NCBI GenBank assembly: GCA_973895155.1
Contig: OZ316897.1
Span: 12,957,375 to 13,021,374 of the forward strand
DNA length: 64,000 nt
Source of the DNA: Marsupella aquatica
Lineage: Eukaryota; Plantae; Marchantiophyta
Direction of reading: 5' to 3'
Below, in pieces: positions 25,614-38,705 of the stretch (position 1 is the stretch's first letter; each line of letters opens with the position of its first letter). Position numbers and translations under genes: made by a program. The notes under the pieces were generated by a model. The model saw only the letters and a program-made list of their open reading frames with translations, had not been told where the DNA came from and did not search any database.

Positions 25614-26275
25614 ACCCTGAGTTAAATCTACATCAAGTTAATGCTCCCCCACTTTCCCGGGGCGCCGTACACTGCCCGTCCCAATCCCCGATGCTGCTGC
25701 CCGCTCCAGCCCAAGTTTGGCAGAACATAAACCAATACTCTACGATTTAACGCATGCGTTCCGGTCCAATCGATTTTGCGCCATCGACTTCGGGTTTATG
25801 TTTTGGCACCCATCACTTTTTGTCGGCCGCTCCAGCCCGGTCTACTTTGTGTCATCAACTTTTTGAAAATAAGTGTTGCCAAGGCAACATAAACCACAAC
25901 TCCATAGAGAATAAGTACTTGGCATAACATAAACCAAGAGTCTAACAATCATGACTCTCAACCAAAGTATTAGGCTCGACTTGAACACTTAGATTCTATT
26001 ACAAAATAGGTATGACTCCATCGGAAAGAAGTGTTGCCAGAACATAAACCATGACTCAATCCAGAAGAAGCATTTGGAAAAACATCAACCAAGACTCTAG
26101 AATCATGACTCTTAACTAAAATACTAGGTTGTGTCTAAATGCTTAGACTGTCTTACTAAACAAACATCACTCCCTTGGAAAGAAGTGTTGCCAAAACATT
26201 AATCACAAGTCCATAGAGGATAAGTATTTGGCACAACATAAACCAAGACTCTATAAATCATGACTCTTAACCAAA
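25614..26275 (-). mobile_element. Truncated copy of the Mutator-like MITE at 37707-38705
   Basis: Begins ACCCTGAGTTAAATCTACATCAAGTTAATGCTCC and follows the reverse complement of 38705 down to ~38050 at high identity, then breaks off. Confidence 0.85.
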
Positions 26276-27688
26276 TACCATAGACTTAAATTTTTCCTGT
26301 TCATTATTACTTTTTTACATGTGTACTTTTATTCTTGTACCTTATGTGCACAATTTTTCAATGTCAGGCTTCCTAATCAATGTCCTATTTATATTTGCCA
26401 CAAAAAAATTAGATCACCTGTATTTCAGTAAAAAACTCAAACTTTTTACTAGAGGATAAAATACTTTTCATGTTCCAGGATGAGTATACTATATTATATG
26501 GGAAATCCATGAAGACATCTTGTAGATACCACTTGTTTCCCCTAGAATCCCATGAAGATTTTCACTTTATAGGAGTAGAAGTTGTACTGTAGGCTAGATT
26601 GATAGCTTGTCTAGCATGGACCCACTGTTAGGTGCAGGACCCACTGTTAGGTGCAGTCCCCCGCCCCCCCCCACCTGTCCACTGGCTGGTCTTTTTGGGT
26701 TGTATGCTGCCCCTTTTGTGGTGGTTGAATTTTTTGTTTGGTTTCCTCTCTTTGGGTCTGTTTCCCTCCTGGTTCCGGCTTCCCGGTCCTTTAGGCCAAG
26801 GTTCCATGACCGTACGGAAGGGAGTCCCCGTCCGCGCGCCCTTCCCTCTCCCATAACTTGGGAGGCAGTCGGGGTACCCAGGCCACAGTCGCATGGGGTG
26901 ACTGTGAGGGGGTACCCAGCACATTGTGCCCGTAGGCTGCCGGTTTCCACCCCGGCTGCATTCCAAAAATGTTCAGCCAGCCCCCCAGCCCCAAGCCCGA
27001 CTACGAGACACCAGCCCAGCCCCAAGCGCAAGTGAAATGCCGACGCCATAGCTACAGCAAGCTCACGAGCTTTTGAGCTCGACATTGAGCTTCCACCATA
27101 GCTCCGTGATACCAAACGCCTCAATAGCGTAGCTCCGCATCTTCTCGCAAAGCCATTCCTACAGCGCGGCTTCATCCCAAACCCAGCCGGCCATTAATCT
27201 AGAGTTCTGCTGCGCTGCCATACCTAACCGAAGAGTCGTTTTCAATTGGAATAATTGCCCACTCCAGCACATTCGTAGAATAGCAATGCAAGAGAGATCA
27301 TTGTTTGACTCTTGGGATAGGGGGCTGCGCATGCAATCGACACTCATGGGAGGCTTGGAGTCCATGTTCACTATCTCAGCTACACTGTTCGAGTGAAAGT
27401 CTGATTCTGTACCACAGTCGAGACTCCCGGATCAGGTGCGTAAATTCCCTATCACTTAAATTGATATTTCAATACTACATTCAATGCATGCTGGCCTGTG
27501 TAATTAATCTGCAAAATGTGGTAACGAATCAGTTTGAGTAGTGCAATTCCATATTAAGGTCATTTGCATTTCATATTTGCTCTGTGTTTTGACTGTCCTT
27601 GTGAGTTTTCAAGCTTGGAATCCCGTTCTCAGAGTTTCTTGTTAATTTCAGGAGCATTGCAGGCATCCGATGTCATAGAAGAAATCCC

Positions 27689-29116
27689 ATGGCAGATGTG
27701 TATGAGCTTTCAGACCTCCCTGATCTTAATCAATCTATCCCCACTGTTGTTGCACAGACCAGACCCCCTCCACGAAGATTCCAATCTACTTCAGTGCCAC
27801 ATTCATTCCACTCAATACTTAGAACACTTGCTTCTTTGATGGCCTCAATTGCCACTGTTGTGCAACTGATGATGCCTTACTTTGACAGTGGATCCTCTTA
27901 TTTACTTGAGTCTAGTGACCATTGTCCAATCACCCAAGCAATGTTTTGTAGAGCCCTGTTATTTTCTCACATAGTGCCATGCTTTTTGCAAGCACTTGGG
28001 TTAGTCCATATTCGGCTGAGACAAGTTGTTGATCAGTGGTACATCAAACCAAGGACTCGACAGAGATTAATAATCTGGATTGATGAGACACCTTGGGAGG
28101 ATCCACACCGATTTCAAGAGTTTTTCAGAATTAGCCCCTCTCTGTTTTTTTACTTATGTGAGATGCTGCATGATGATATGATCACAGACCCTCCTGTTTC
28201 ACTTAGAATCTTGCCCAATCGACAGCTTTTGGTAATGAGACAAGTGGCTCTTGCATTGAGACGTCTAGCAACTAGTGATACTTTTTTGACTCTAGGTGAA
28301 TTGTTTGGAGTTTCGAAGAGTTCTGCTGTGAAGGTTACTTGGAAATTTATTTACTCTCTACGGAGGAGGGCTGCACATGTCATTCGATGGCCAGACGAAG
28401 CAGGTCTTCTTGAAGTTAAACAGGGATTTCAGGATAGATGGGGTTTTCCTAATTGTTGTGGAGCTATTGATGGCACTCACTTCCCTATAGAGTTACCATT
28501 TGGCGAGGACTCCACTCAATACTATGACTGGAAACACAAGCTTTCAATCTCCATGCAAGCAATTTGTGATCAGAGATTGAGGTTTTTGGATGTATGTGGT
28601 GGATTGCCGGGAAGCATTCAGGATACCAGATTAATGAGGATGTCCCGATTTTATTACCATGTCACACAATACCACACTCGATTGGTTGGGCCTCTATTTC
28701 GCTGTCAGGATGGCAGGATGTTGCAAGAGTACATCATTGGGGATGCAGGGTACCCTTTACTCCCTTGGCTTATTGTTCCTTTCGCTAGAGGTGTGTCTCA
28801 GCAGACTGCTGATTTTAATTACAAGTTGTCCAGTAGTAGAATGTGTGTGGAGCGAGCTTTCGGAAGGTTGAAAGGAACATGGAGAATTCTGAGCAGGGTA
28901 TTGTGGAAGCCTCGAATTGAATGACTTGGGCCAATGATCTTTTCATGTTGTGTTCTTCATAATCTCATTATAGATAGGAATGATGGGCTGCCAAATGTTG
29001 TTTGGCAGCACTATCCACCTCACCCACCAGGCTATGCAGGAGTGTTGCGTCCTAACCGAAGAGTCTATAGAGGGGGGCCTGAAGCAAGAATGGCTTTATT
29101 GGACCACGTAGGATAG
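27689..29116 (+). pseudogene. Harbinger (HARBI1/ALP1-like) DDE transposase with a premature stop at 28922-28924
   Basis: Motifs FQEFFRIS, LRRLATSDTF..LGELFGVSKSS, GFPNCCGAIDGTH, IIGDAGYPLLPWLIVPF, FNYKLSSSRMCVERAFGRLKGTWRIL. After the TGA the same frame continues to CCVLHNLII. Confidence 0.92.
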
Positions 29117-29372
29117 GGAAGCCTGTTCAATTGTCTGATGAGCAATTTTCTTCAATTTTGAAGCCATTGTAATCCAATCTATTTTATAATACCATGATTC
29201 TGTTTTTCAAAAAGCCTCCAGCACCATTGATTTGATTTGATTTGAGTTGTACTTTACTTTGAATGTCACAATATCACAACTAAATAACATGCAGAAAAGC
29301 TTGTACAAATGAAATGTTTCTGCAATAGCTCACAGTATTAATCTCAAGAAAATTGTCCATACATTAGTTGAA

Positions 29373-29493
29373 GGTTACAAAATGTCAAAATATCTTCTGT
29401 AGGTGCGAAAATGGTTACAAATGTCAAAATATCTTCTGCAGGTGCGAGAATGGCTACAAAATGTCACAATATCTTCTGCAGGTGCGAAAATGG
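29373..29493 (+). repeat. ~40-bp tandem repeat x3 between the convergent Harbinger genes
   Basis: GGTTACAAAATGTCAAAATATCTTCTG(T/C)AGGTGCGAAAAT at 29373, 29413 and 29452. Confidence 0.85.
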
Positions 29494-29611
29494 TGCTAAT
29501 CAAACACTACTTCTATCCATGATCTGTTTCAGAATTTTCTAGCCTGTATTTCTCACTTCTTTGTACAGACATCAGTCGATGGCAGTAATTAATCTCAAGA
29601 AAAAAAACTAG

Positions 29612-30655
29612 TCAAGTCTCTGTCGACTGCCTCAATCCATCAGCAAGGTACCGAACAGAATTTGCAATGAATGACAGAGTTTTGGCAACATCTATCCCTG
29701 TTTGTCGGGCAGAGCGAGTCACTTCAGCTTGGGCTAATAAGGTATCCATGTGTCTCTTGTTGTTAAATGTGAGCAGCTCATTGTGCTCCTCTCTTCTTGC
29801 CATACGATCCTCTGCAATTGCTTTGACAAAATGCTCAATCACTTTGTGCATCTCATCTCGAGTCCGCTCAGATGCCTTCTTTCTTTTCCAGCCCCGGGTG
29901 GTTGATGGATCAGCATCTCCTTGTCCAGTGACAGAGGAGGCTGGGCTTCTCCCCATGGGGCTTGGATTGGGGGAGCTGGTCGGCTGAGAGGGTGTGGACC
30001 GGTCTCTAGTCTCATAAGCAGGAGTTGGTGTATCACGGGTGCTCGATGGTGGTACATATGAGATATCCAAAGGATCTACATCTGAATCTAGGTCCTCAGA
30101 TGCAGCAGTAGGGCTTTGGCCATTTGTGTCACCTCCACCAAAGTCTGAATTGGTAGTGGACCATGGTTGGGATTCAGGATTTGTGTCTGGTGTTGGGTCC
30201 ATGGATCGTCTAATAGCTTCTTCAGCCTCAGCATCTGCTGTGCTGTCCACATACTGATTCGGGTTTGGATTGACTGCTCTATTGGCAGGGACAAACACCA
30301 CCATAGCCTCATAAATTTCTTCCTGGAAAGTAGCAGGTAAGCTTCTATCCTTCTTTTCAGATCTAGACAGTTGAAAGTACCCATCACCACCAGATGGAGT
30401 GTGGGCCTGGAAATCAAAAATCTTTTTGAAATCGGTCAGTAATTTCTCCCACCTTTTCTTGCATAGCTTCCAGCCCCTGTGAACATTGTTGGTCTTGCAC
30501 ATGTCTTCAATGTCCTTCCACCTTTGCTCAGCTGTCCGAATTCGTTCTCTAGATGAATCCAGTTGAGCTTGATCTTGCTGGTATTTCTTGCTATCTACCA
30601 GCACCAGAAGTTCTCTTGTGTCCCATTGAGCAGAAGCTCGTCTATCCTCTGCCAT
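29612..30655 (-). CDS. Harbinger Myb/SANT-like (trihelix) DNA-binding protein
   Basis: WDTRELLVLV...RWKDIEDMC...RGWKLCKKRWEKLLTDFKKIFDF trihelix motif, Ser/Pro-rich linker, KRKK NLS and a C-terminal helical region. The ATG at 30655 directly follows a TGCAG acceptor. Confidence 0.88.
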   Translation of the reverse strand: MAEDRRASAQWDTRELLVLVDSKKYQQDQAQLDSSRERIRTAEQRWKDIEDMCKTNNVHRGWKLCKKRWEKLLTDFKKIFDFQAHTPSGGDGYFQLSRSEKKDRSLPATFQEEIYEAMVVFVPANRAVNPNPNQYVDSTADAEAEEAIRRSMDPTPDTNPESQPWSTTNSDFGGGDTNGQSPTAASEDLDSDVDPLDISYVPPSSTRDTPTPAYETRDRSTPSQPTSSPNPSPMGRSPASSVTGQGDADPSTTRGWKRKKASERTRDEMHKVIEHFVKAIAEDRMARREEHNELLTFNNKRHMDTLLAQAEVTRSARQTGIDVAKTLSFIANSVRYLADGLRQSTET

Positions 30656-32779
30656 CTGCAAACTCAGCCAAACACTACATATATTTACTTCAATTCAAGT
30701 GTTTTAAAATTTCTGTTCTCTGTTCTGCATGGGACGATTTAACAAAAGGGGAATTGAATACTACAATATAGTCTTTACTAGTAGAATTATTTATTACTAG
30801 CAGTCTGTACAAGCTCTTTGCAATATCAGAGTAGTACCATTGATTTCTATAGAGGATTTCTAACAGCCACGCACATTGCAATTCGACAGGATTCTGAACA
30901 CTGCAGATTGAAAACATTTGGATTCACAAGTATTCACAATGGTCCATCCACATTCAAGGTTTGCAAGAGCATACATTGAAGTCCACTTGACAAAGCGTTG
31001 ATGGATCAGTCCTGGTAATCAGGCCCACAAGCAAGAGATTTTATTACCCAGCACAAGCAAAAGCAGAGCTCCGGATGAATCCACAATCTATGAATCGAAT
31101 GAAAGGAACGCTTTATTTCAAGGCATGGACAAGCTATCGCAACAGGAGCAGAAATAGCTATGGCAGCAGCAGCAACATCAATACCTTCGGTGGAAGCCGC
31201 AGAACAAGGTCGAAGGTCGAAGGTCGAAAAAGCTATGGTGGGAGATAATGTGCAATTTTTTTTGCGCCAAACGGAACGCCAGGGCTGCGGGTTTGCGGGA
31301 CTCAAACTTGGGCGACAGGGCTCCCCCTCCTCCCCAACTCCCCGCACTCCCCTCCCGGCCGCTCCTCAGTACGGCCCCTGTGTGGCAGGCGGCCCGACAT
31401 CCCTGGGCATTCCGTGCACCGGGCAGTCCCTGCCCGTACGTGCATGGAACCCCGCTCTTAGGCTTTTGGACCTTTGGTCTGCTAGGGTGCCCAGTTGCCC
31501 GCCCCTTCTTGCATGCCACTCGTGTTGTATGTAGGCTTTTTGAATGGAATTCAATTAAGTTAAGTTTTTCCAGACCAAAAACAAAAGGTGAAGAGTGCCC
31601 TGTCGAATGCAGGTCGGAAATGTGTGAGTGAATGTTTGAACGATTCTGGAGTCTTGATTCCCGAGTCTCTGGGCGGTGCAGGTACACAACAGAGCACCTG
31701 GATTCTGTTGTCAGATTTAGATTTAGGGTAAGACAATGGGCGCAACTACCAAAAACTTCATACAATCATTTAATGACTTTAGAAGGATCCCCAGTCCCCA
31801 TAGGCATGACCAACCACAATCATTTTGCCATGAGATTAACAGAAGATCCGCCTAGTATTTCACCTAATCTTAAGGACACTGCACAGTCAAATTTGCATTA
31901 TTTTGTTACCCTAGAGATTTCTTCCTAAATAATGATTTCAACGCAATTTGTCTTCCATTGGACTCCAATGTTCATGGAAGCAGGGACGGACACCTCCATG
32001 TTTGACAAAAGGCTCAGATTTTGGATCCTGATGGACTGCAGCAAAAATTCTATATCTGCTCATATAGCATAAATTATGTAGATGAGTAACATGTGAAAAT
32101 GCGACAAGAAAACAGGTAGCTGATCATGTTTGAAAATTTGTAGGTCTGCTAGCTCTCACTAAAATTTGACTACGGTAGGCTCATTGCAAAAATCTTTCCG
32201 AGCAGTTGCAATTGAACTCAAACCTGCTTCAAATATTTTGGAAGTGTAAAGTTCACAATGAGTGAGTGAGTGAGCTTTAGAAATTCATAATTCTCTCATT
32301 TGGAAACTAGAGCTTTCATACTAATATTTTTGAAAAAACCTTTCCAAGCTGGTTCTAAGTAGCCCAAGAAGGTCCGATTTCACTCCATAGAAAGGGAGAT
32401 ATTATAGGTCAAACTTTTGCGGTTGGAAATCCAATGGGTTGTCTGCAAAGTCATGCTGGGTGCGTTTAATGTGTTATGAATGGAAGATTTGTAAATAAAA
32501 TCTGGGGTGTTCTTCACGTATCGTCAACCATGTCTTGGGCTTGTGCAAATTTTTCGTGTATGGTGGAGGCCTTATTGTTGGTCCAGTTGGATATTAACTG
32601 ACTTCTTTTGGCAGCATGTGTCGGTTGCACTAGGGTGGGCTCCGGTAGTCACTATTCTTTGTCATGACAAGGTGGTTGATTTTAGGGTCTCTAGTAAAAA
32701 TGCTATTTGTGAACTCATGCGCAATTTACTCAAGAGATGTACCAGATATGTTTTTCAGGTTATTGCTCAACGGGGTTTT

Positions 32780-34040
32780 AATTATAGGCCAGGGAATGAA
32801 TTGAAAGAATCCATTAAGCGTGTAAATTTCTTAGTTTCTTCAATCGCATTATGAGCAGTAGTTGTAACTTTACAACTTTTTGGAATTTTGGCCACTGTTG
32901 TTGAAGCTCCGCCAACGGAGCTTGGCGGAGCTTGGGACATTGACTTGGCAATGCTGACATAAAGGCCACCAGGGTGAAGAGATCTCTTTCCTGACGGGGG
33001 CTGGAATGTTGGATCATTTATCCTTGTCTTGTCCAAGCGGCCGCGCGTTAGATCTGGGTCCGATGAGAGGTCCCGAGGGGGCCAATCAAGGAACCTTGGA
33101 GGGCAGGGTTCTGTAGCTGCTGCTTTTAGGGGAATTGAACGACCCATTTAGACAGATTTCTCACAGCACAACGTGGTCTAGATTAGAGAATGTAAGTCTT
33201 CAGAGCGGGATCGATCCTCCACTAGCCCGGATATGGGTGCCGCCAATTCGGATTACTGGAGCCGAACACATCGACCTTTAAGACTCTGGATGGATTGCAC
33301 TGAATAGTCCATCGCCGGGTGATTGTGCTTTCCATAGCTTTGCCCGATTGCAACGGGTATTGAAAACTTTTAGATCTTTAGACTCAGGTGTGACTTACTC
33401 TCGAAGTGAAACAATAAACCGCATATTTAGGGATCTGACGCCTGCAGCAACAAACGAACAACCGACTAAGGTCAATCTCCTCGTGGGAAATCGGATTACA
33501 ATCGTAAGGGCCAACTCGAATGTGAGAGCAGCCGTATGTTTTGCAGCCCTTTGCCCTCGCAACAGTTTCGTAAAAAGCCTATCTACTCCTTCTTTGAATA
33601 TCAAACGTGTCATGTGTGCGGCTGAGGCTGAGTTCATAACTCAGCTTGCTTGCTTTACTGTATTAGTAAAAGCCCCGGATCTACAAGGGCAGGAAAGTTT
33701 CCTGCCCTTGCCTCGGAATGGAAGGAGAATGTGTCCTGTGTGCGACTGGGTTCGGCTGAGTTCGTAAAGCTTTTCTGCTCTATTCGTCGATCAAAGCTCG
33801 GGCCCTGCAGAGTTTCCGGCCCTAGCCTTCGTAAATGCAAGGATCAAAAAACCTGAGGAAGAACTTGGGCAATTCAAACTCAACTTATTTAGGATCGGGT
33901 CGGCAGGAGATTAGGAATATCTGCTACTAATGTGGCTGCAATGAAAGATTCCAGCCATCACACAAGAGAACGCTTCCGATCGAGCGTCTAAACTGTTTCC
34001 CCTTAAGATTGTGTGGCACTGTACTATATTGTATGTGCAC
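32780..34040 (-). pseudogene. Degenerate NLR (NB-ARC-like) relic; direct-repeat paralog of 41620-42835
   Basis: High nucleotide similarity to 41620-42835. Decayed P-loop-like segment GRLDKTRINDPTFQ and downstream AHNAIEE are shared with other relics. Many stops. Confidence 0.5.
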
Positions 34041-36049
34041 ATGCAGCTAGGGCACAGTAGAAATTCCTTTTAGTTTGTAATCCTGCAGTCACGTAATAGA
34101 CTGATTAGTCACGTAATTTCTCTACTTTCCATTGAAAATGATGAATTTCTTAAGATCACTACATCACTCACTTCCACTATACGCTTCCAAAAGCTTTTTA
34201 GCAGTTAAGTTTGACATTTAGTATCTCTCTAGCTATCCTGTCAAAATCTTATTTTGTTGGGTTTTTTAGCAGAAACATCCTTCCAATGAACCTAATGTTG
34301 CCAACTTTCATTGAGAATTGAGGGACCTACAAATTTCCAAAGATGAGTGTCTTGTTTTCTTGCCACATTCCACTCATCCACTTAATGTGTACTATATCAT
34401 GAGCGGAAAGAGGGTGCAGATCCATTTGGATTACAGAAATCCATCTGAGTCATTTGGCAAACTGTGGAGGTCTGTCTGGGCTTCAACACTTCAATCAAAG
34501 AAGATTCTTGATTGAAAGGGAGATATAGAGTCAAATGAAATACTATTTTGCCTAAATGATTGTTTAGGATGAAGGATGATCTTGAGGCTAATAAATACTA
34601 ATTAGCTTGTGCTATTTGTGACCTTAGTGTTAGGTTCCCGGTCAGGTTTTAAAATGTGACACCTCCATACAATGTATTATGTCACTCCATATATATCATG
34701 TATCTGGCTGTCAATTTTTGATGTGCAATTACCGGAAGCTTAGGTTGCGTACCAGGAGGAGTCACTCATGTTGTCACCTCGCCTCTGGCCAACAATTTTA
34801 TGTGCAACTAGCCTCAACTACTGGTTCTTTGAACTTGAATAGAGGAGAGGACAATAAAAATGTCAACAAAATATATTTACTCATCTCATTCTTTGAACTT
34901 GGTTAATGAAATGATAAAAAAAACCATCATGTCTAGCCCCATCATCAGGTCATCAGGGCGGAACAAAAGCCTGAGTGGATGGACTGGCACGTTTGCCCTG
35001 GTTATCTCCATGGACTGTGATGGGGGACATACCATTTTACACCTAATCATGAGATAATTCAACTGCAAATGGATGATAAATTCTCTCATTATTTGTTCAT
35101 CTACATTTATGTCAGTCTAAACATTATGTGTTTACCTCAAAGCCAAATTGAAAATGTAAATGGAAGAGTGAAGATGCACATTTAAAATCTTCCGTAGCTC
35201 CGCAACAGCAAAGTACTCAAAACATTCCTTGTAACATGAGCAGCGCTATATGAAAAATATGATTTCTGGTAGCTTTATTTCCAAAAAATTACTTGTAGTT
35301 TTTCTCTGAGAAATTTCAGTAGCCCTCTCTGAAAAATTGAATTCATCAACTCCCCCAAAAAATTCTCAAGTAGCTCTATAGCAATAGATTAATAAAAATA
35401 CTATTTATAACAAGAACAATGGTCTCTAAAAATAGTATTCCCACAACAATGCTTATGAAAATTGGAATTTACTTGGCTCCACAATGAAAAACTTACTATA
35501 ATCCCAATAACAAGAGCAATGCTCTATAAAAAACAACATCATGTAAAAACATTTTTGGAAGTTGTATAGTCATTCCATAAACTATCAATGCACTAGAATC
35601 TCAAAAACATAGATAGAACAATTGTAATTTATTTATGAAAAATTGAGTTTATTTGGGTTTTAGATTTGACCCCCTAACGTCCTTGGTGGGAATTGTTTCC
35701 TTGGTTCATGAGTTATTGTGTTACTTTTATCCCCCTTTTTGTAGGGCTTATAAACATAAAAATATATTTTTGAGTAAATTAAATTCATTTGGTTTTTATC
35801 ATTAAGCAAAATTACTTGAGGCGGTATGAGTAAAATGTGAAGCACTCAATCTACTCAAAATGTCATCTCCCATGAAGGTTAGATAAGGTATTTATATAAG
35901 TACCTAAATGTGCTTTATATTATATTTTTTTATTAAACTCTAAAATAATGGTTAGAATAACTTCATTGAGGGGAAAGAGTTGGAAGAATGAAGCGCTGCC
36001 TTAAATTAAAGTGCTTTGGAATTTGTCAATGCATCTTTAAGACAAAAAC

Positions 36050-36186
36050 GGTGACATAGTTTACTGACAAGTAAAATACTCGGGCAGAGGTGGTGACATA
36101 GTTTACTGACAAGGTCAGTAAAATACTGGGGCAGAGGTGGTGACATAGTTTACTGACAAAGTCAGTAAATACTGGGGCAGAGGTGA
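36050..36186 (+). repeat. 42-47-bp tandem repeat x3
   Basis: GGTGACATAGTTTACTGACAAG...AATACTGGGGCAGAGGT at 36050, 36092 and 36139. Confidence 0.85.
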
Positions 36187-37264
36187 TGATTTGGTTATTT
36201 AAAGTGTACTCATATGACAAAAGTGTAAAAAACAATATTCAAACATATTTTTACGGACCCCACTAGAGGTCCCTTCCAAAATTCCTGGCACCAGAGCATG
36301 CCACGTTAACAACAACAGCAACAAACTCGTCGGTTTTGTGAATAAAACTTATAGTTTTCATTCGTGTTTGTGTCAATTTGAGTGTAAATTTTGGGACACC
36401 GTGCCATAAAAAGAAAAGTAAAAACATTGGAAATGCAAAGAGCAAGACGATTAAAACATTTCCAATTTTAAAACTTAAATTCAAAGATTTATAAAAAGTA
36501 ATTTTCATATAATAAATAATGACTAATAACTAACTTGATAACTTCCTTGTTAAACTACAACTCCCGGTATGTAACTACCTCTCGTATTGTACGACCATTA
36601 ATGCTGGGAAGAGCACATAGAAACCCAGGATCGGGGAGGAGGAATGGCTGGAATCTTGACGGTTCATCGAATTTTATACTCAAAACTATTTACTCATTCT
36701 CAAAACAAAAATTACCCAGTCTTAGATCTCATTGAGATCTTTCTTTTGCACCCTAGATCGCCTTCTAACATGGATGAATCAGATTTCTAGAGGCATTACA
36801 AAATGGACGGCAAAGATCGTAAAATCAACAAAATCGACGGCTAGGAAGGCTTGGATTTGTTTAATTTTTCATTTGAAAAATATTGACCCATTTGTAAAAC
36901 GGACAGAACCCATCCATAGATCTATTTGAGATCTTTCTTTTGAGCCATAGATTGGCCATTATGATGAACGGACGAGATTTCCGGAAATAAGAAATGGAGA
37001 CGTCTCAGATCGACTCTTCCCCCTGATTTTATTAGCCAAGGGGTCCACGAACTAATTATATTTCAGTCAAGTCTTGGTTTATCCATGAGAGCTTCATGGA
37101 GCAGGTCCATCCTGGCTTTGACTTCCATCAGGGCCAGTATATAAAATTAGCGGATATTAGGTTACATACCAAGTGGTAGACCTCGGCAGTCCAGGTCTTT
37201 GCTGCTACAATACGGTCAGAATGCCAATCGTCGTGGTTTCTGCTACTGTAAAGTCTAATCCAGC

Positions 37265-37620
37265 GGGCAGCATGCGACAAAAAGAGCAAAAAGAGTAAGG
37301 GAGGCAGTCGACAAAAAGAGCAAAAAGAGTAAGGGAGCAAAAAGAGTAAGGAAAAGTGTGACATTGAAAAACAGTCGGACAGCAAGTGCGGGCAGCATGC
37401 GACAAAAAGAGCAAAAAGAGTAAGGGAGCAAAAAGAGTAAGGGAGGCAGTCGGACAGCAAGTGCGACAAAAAGAGCAAAAAGAGTAAGGGAGGCAGTCGG
37501 ACAGCAAGTGCGGGCAGCACGCAACAAAAAGAGCAAAAAGAGTAAGGGAGAAAAAAGAGTAAGGGAGGCAGTCAAGTGCGGGCAGCACGCGACAAAAAGA
37601 GCAAAAAGAGTAAGGGAAGC
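37265..37620 (+). repeat. Purine-rich compound minisatellite (AAAAAGAGC / AAAAAGAGTAAGGGAG / GCAGTCGGACAGCAAGTGCG modules)
   Basis: Many reshuffled copies of three short modules. Confidence 0.9.
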
Positions 37621-37706
37621 TCTTTATGAGCCTCAATCTTGTCTTTCGTCCTGAAACCAAAGTAACAAAGCACCCACTAGTCCACCTCCTATAGGAGCAC
37701 AACATC

Positions 37707-38705
37707 ACCCTGACTTAAATCTACATCAAGTTAAAGCTCCCCCACTTTCCCGGGGTGCCGTACACTGCCCGTCCCAATCCCCGATGCTGCTGCCCGCTCC
37801 GGCCCAAGTTTGGCAGAACATAAACCAATACTCTAAGATTTAACGCATGCGCTCCGGCCCGATCGACTTTGCGCCATCGACTGCGGGTTTATGTTTTGGC
37901 ACATTCGCTCGCTCCAGCCCGAACGACTTAAGTTTGTGTCATCGACTTCTTCCTTGTGGAGTCGTGGTTTATGTTCTGGCAACTCTTCTTTCCAACAGAG
38001 ATATATTTTCTTTGTAAGAGAGTCTAAGTGTTCAAGGCAAGCCTAGTACTTTGGTTAAGAGTCATGATTTATAGAGTCTTGGTTTATGTTGTGCCAAATA
38101 CTTATCCTCTATGGACTTGTGATTAATGTTTTGGCAACACTTCTTTCTAAGGGAGTGATTGTTTAGTAAGACAGTCTAAGCATTTAGACACAACCTAGTA
38201 TTTTAGTTAAGAGTCATGATTCTAGAGTCTTGGTTGATGTTTTTCCAAATGCTTCTTCTGGATTGAGTCATGGTTTATGTTTTGGCAACACTTCTTTCCG
38301 ATGGAGTCATACCTATTTTGTAATAGAATCTAAGTGTTCAAGTCAAGCCTAATACTTTGGTTGAGAGTCATGATTGTTAGACTCTTGGTTTATGTTATGC
38401 CAAGTACTTATTCTCTATGGAGTTGTGGTTTATGTCTTGGCAACACTTATTTTCAAAAAGTTGATGACACAAAGTAGACCGGGCTGGAGCGGCCGACAAA
38501 AAGTGATGGGTGCCAAAACATAAACCCGAAGTCGATGGCGCAAAGTCGATTGGACCGGAACGCATGCGTTAAATCGTAGAGTATTGGTTTATGTTCTGCC
38601 AAACTTGGGCCGAAGTGGGCAGCAGCATCGGGGATTGGGACGGGCACTGTATGGCTCCCCGGGAAAGTGGAGGAGCATTAACTTGATGTAGATTTAACTC
38701 AGGGT
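37707..38705. mobile_element. Non-autonomous Mutator-like element (MITE), 999 bp
   Basis: ~200-bp TIRs (ACCCTGACTTAAATCTACATCAAG... / ...CTTGATGTAGATTTAACTCAGGGT). 9-bp TSD CACAACATC at 37698-37706 and 38706-38714. Internal GGTTTATGTT-type subrepeats. Confidence 0.9.

Larger units (their letters stand above)
26794..31457. mobile_element. PIF/Harbinger DNA transposon (4,664 bp), two convergent genes
   Basis: TTA at 26791-26793 and 31458-31460 (typical TTA/TAA TSD). Imperfect TIR GGCCAAGGTTCCATGACCGTACGG vs GAGCGGGGTTCCATGCACGTACGG (18/24). Contains a Harbinger transposase and a Myb/SANT gene. Confidence 0.8.

Noticed and set aside
26594-27175. Overlapping long ORFs on both strands (also 31006-31765 and 10198-10653)
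   Set aside because: These are GC-rich transposon ends or minisatellites that lack stops by composition. They cross element boundaries and show no domain motifs.
37128-37708. Cys/Leu/Phe-rich minus-strand ORFs
   Set aside because: They are translations of the purine-rich minisatellite.
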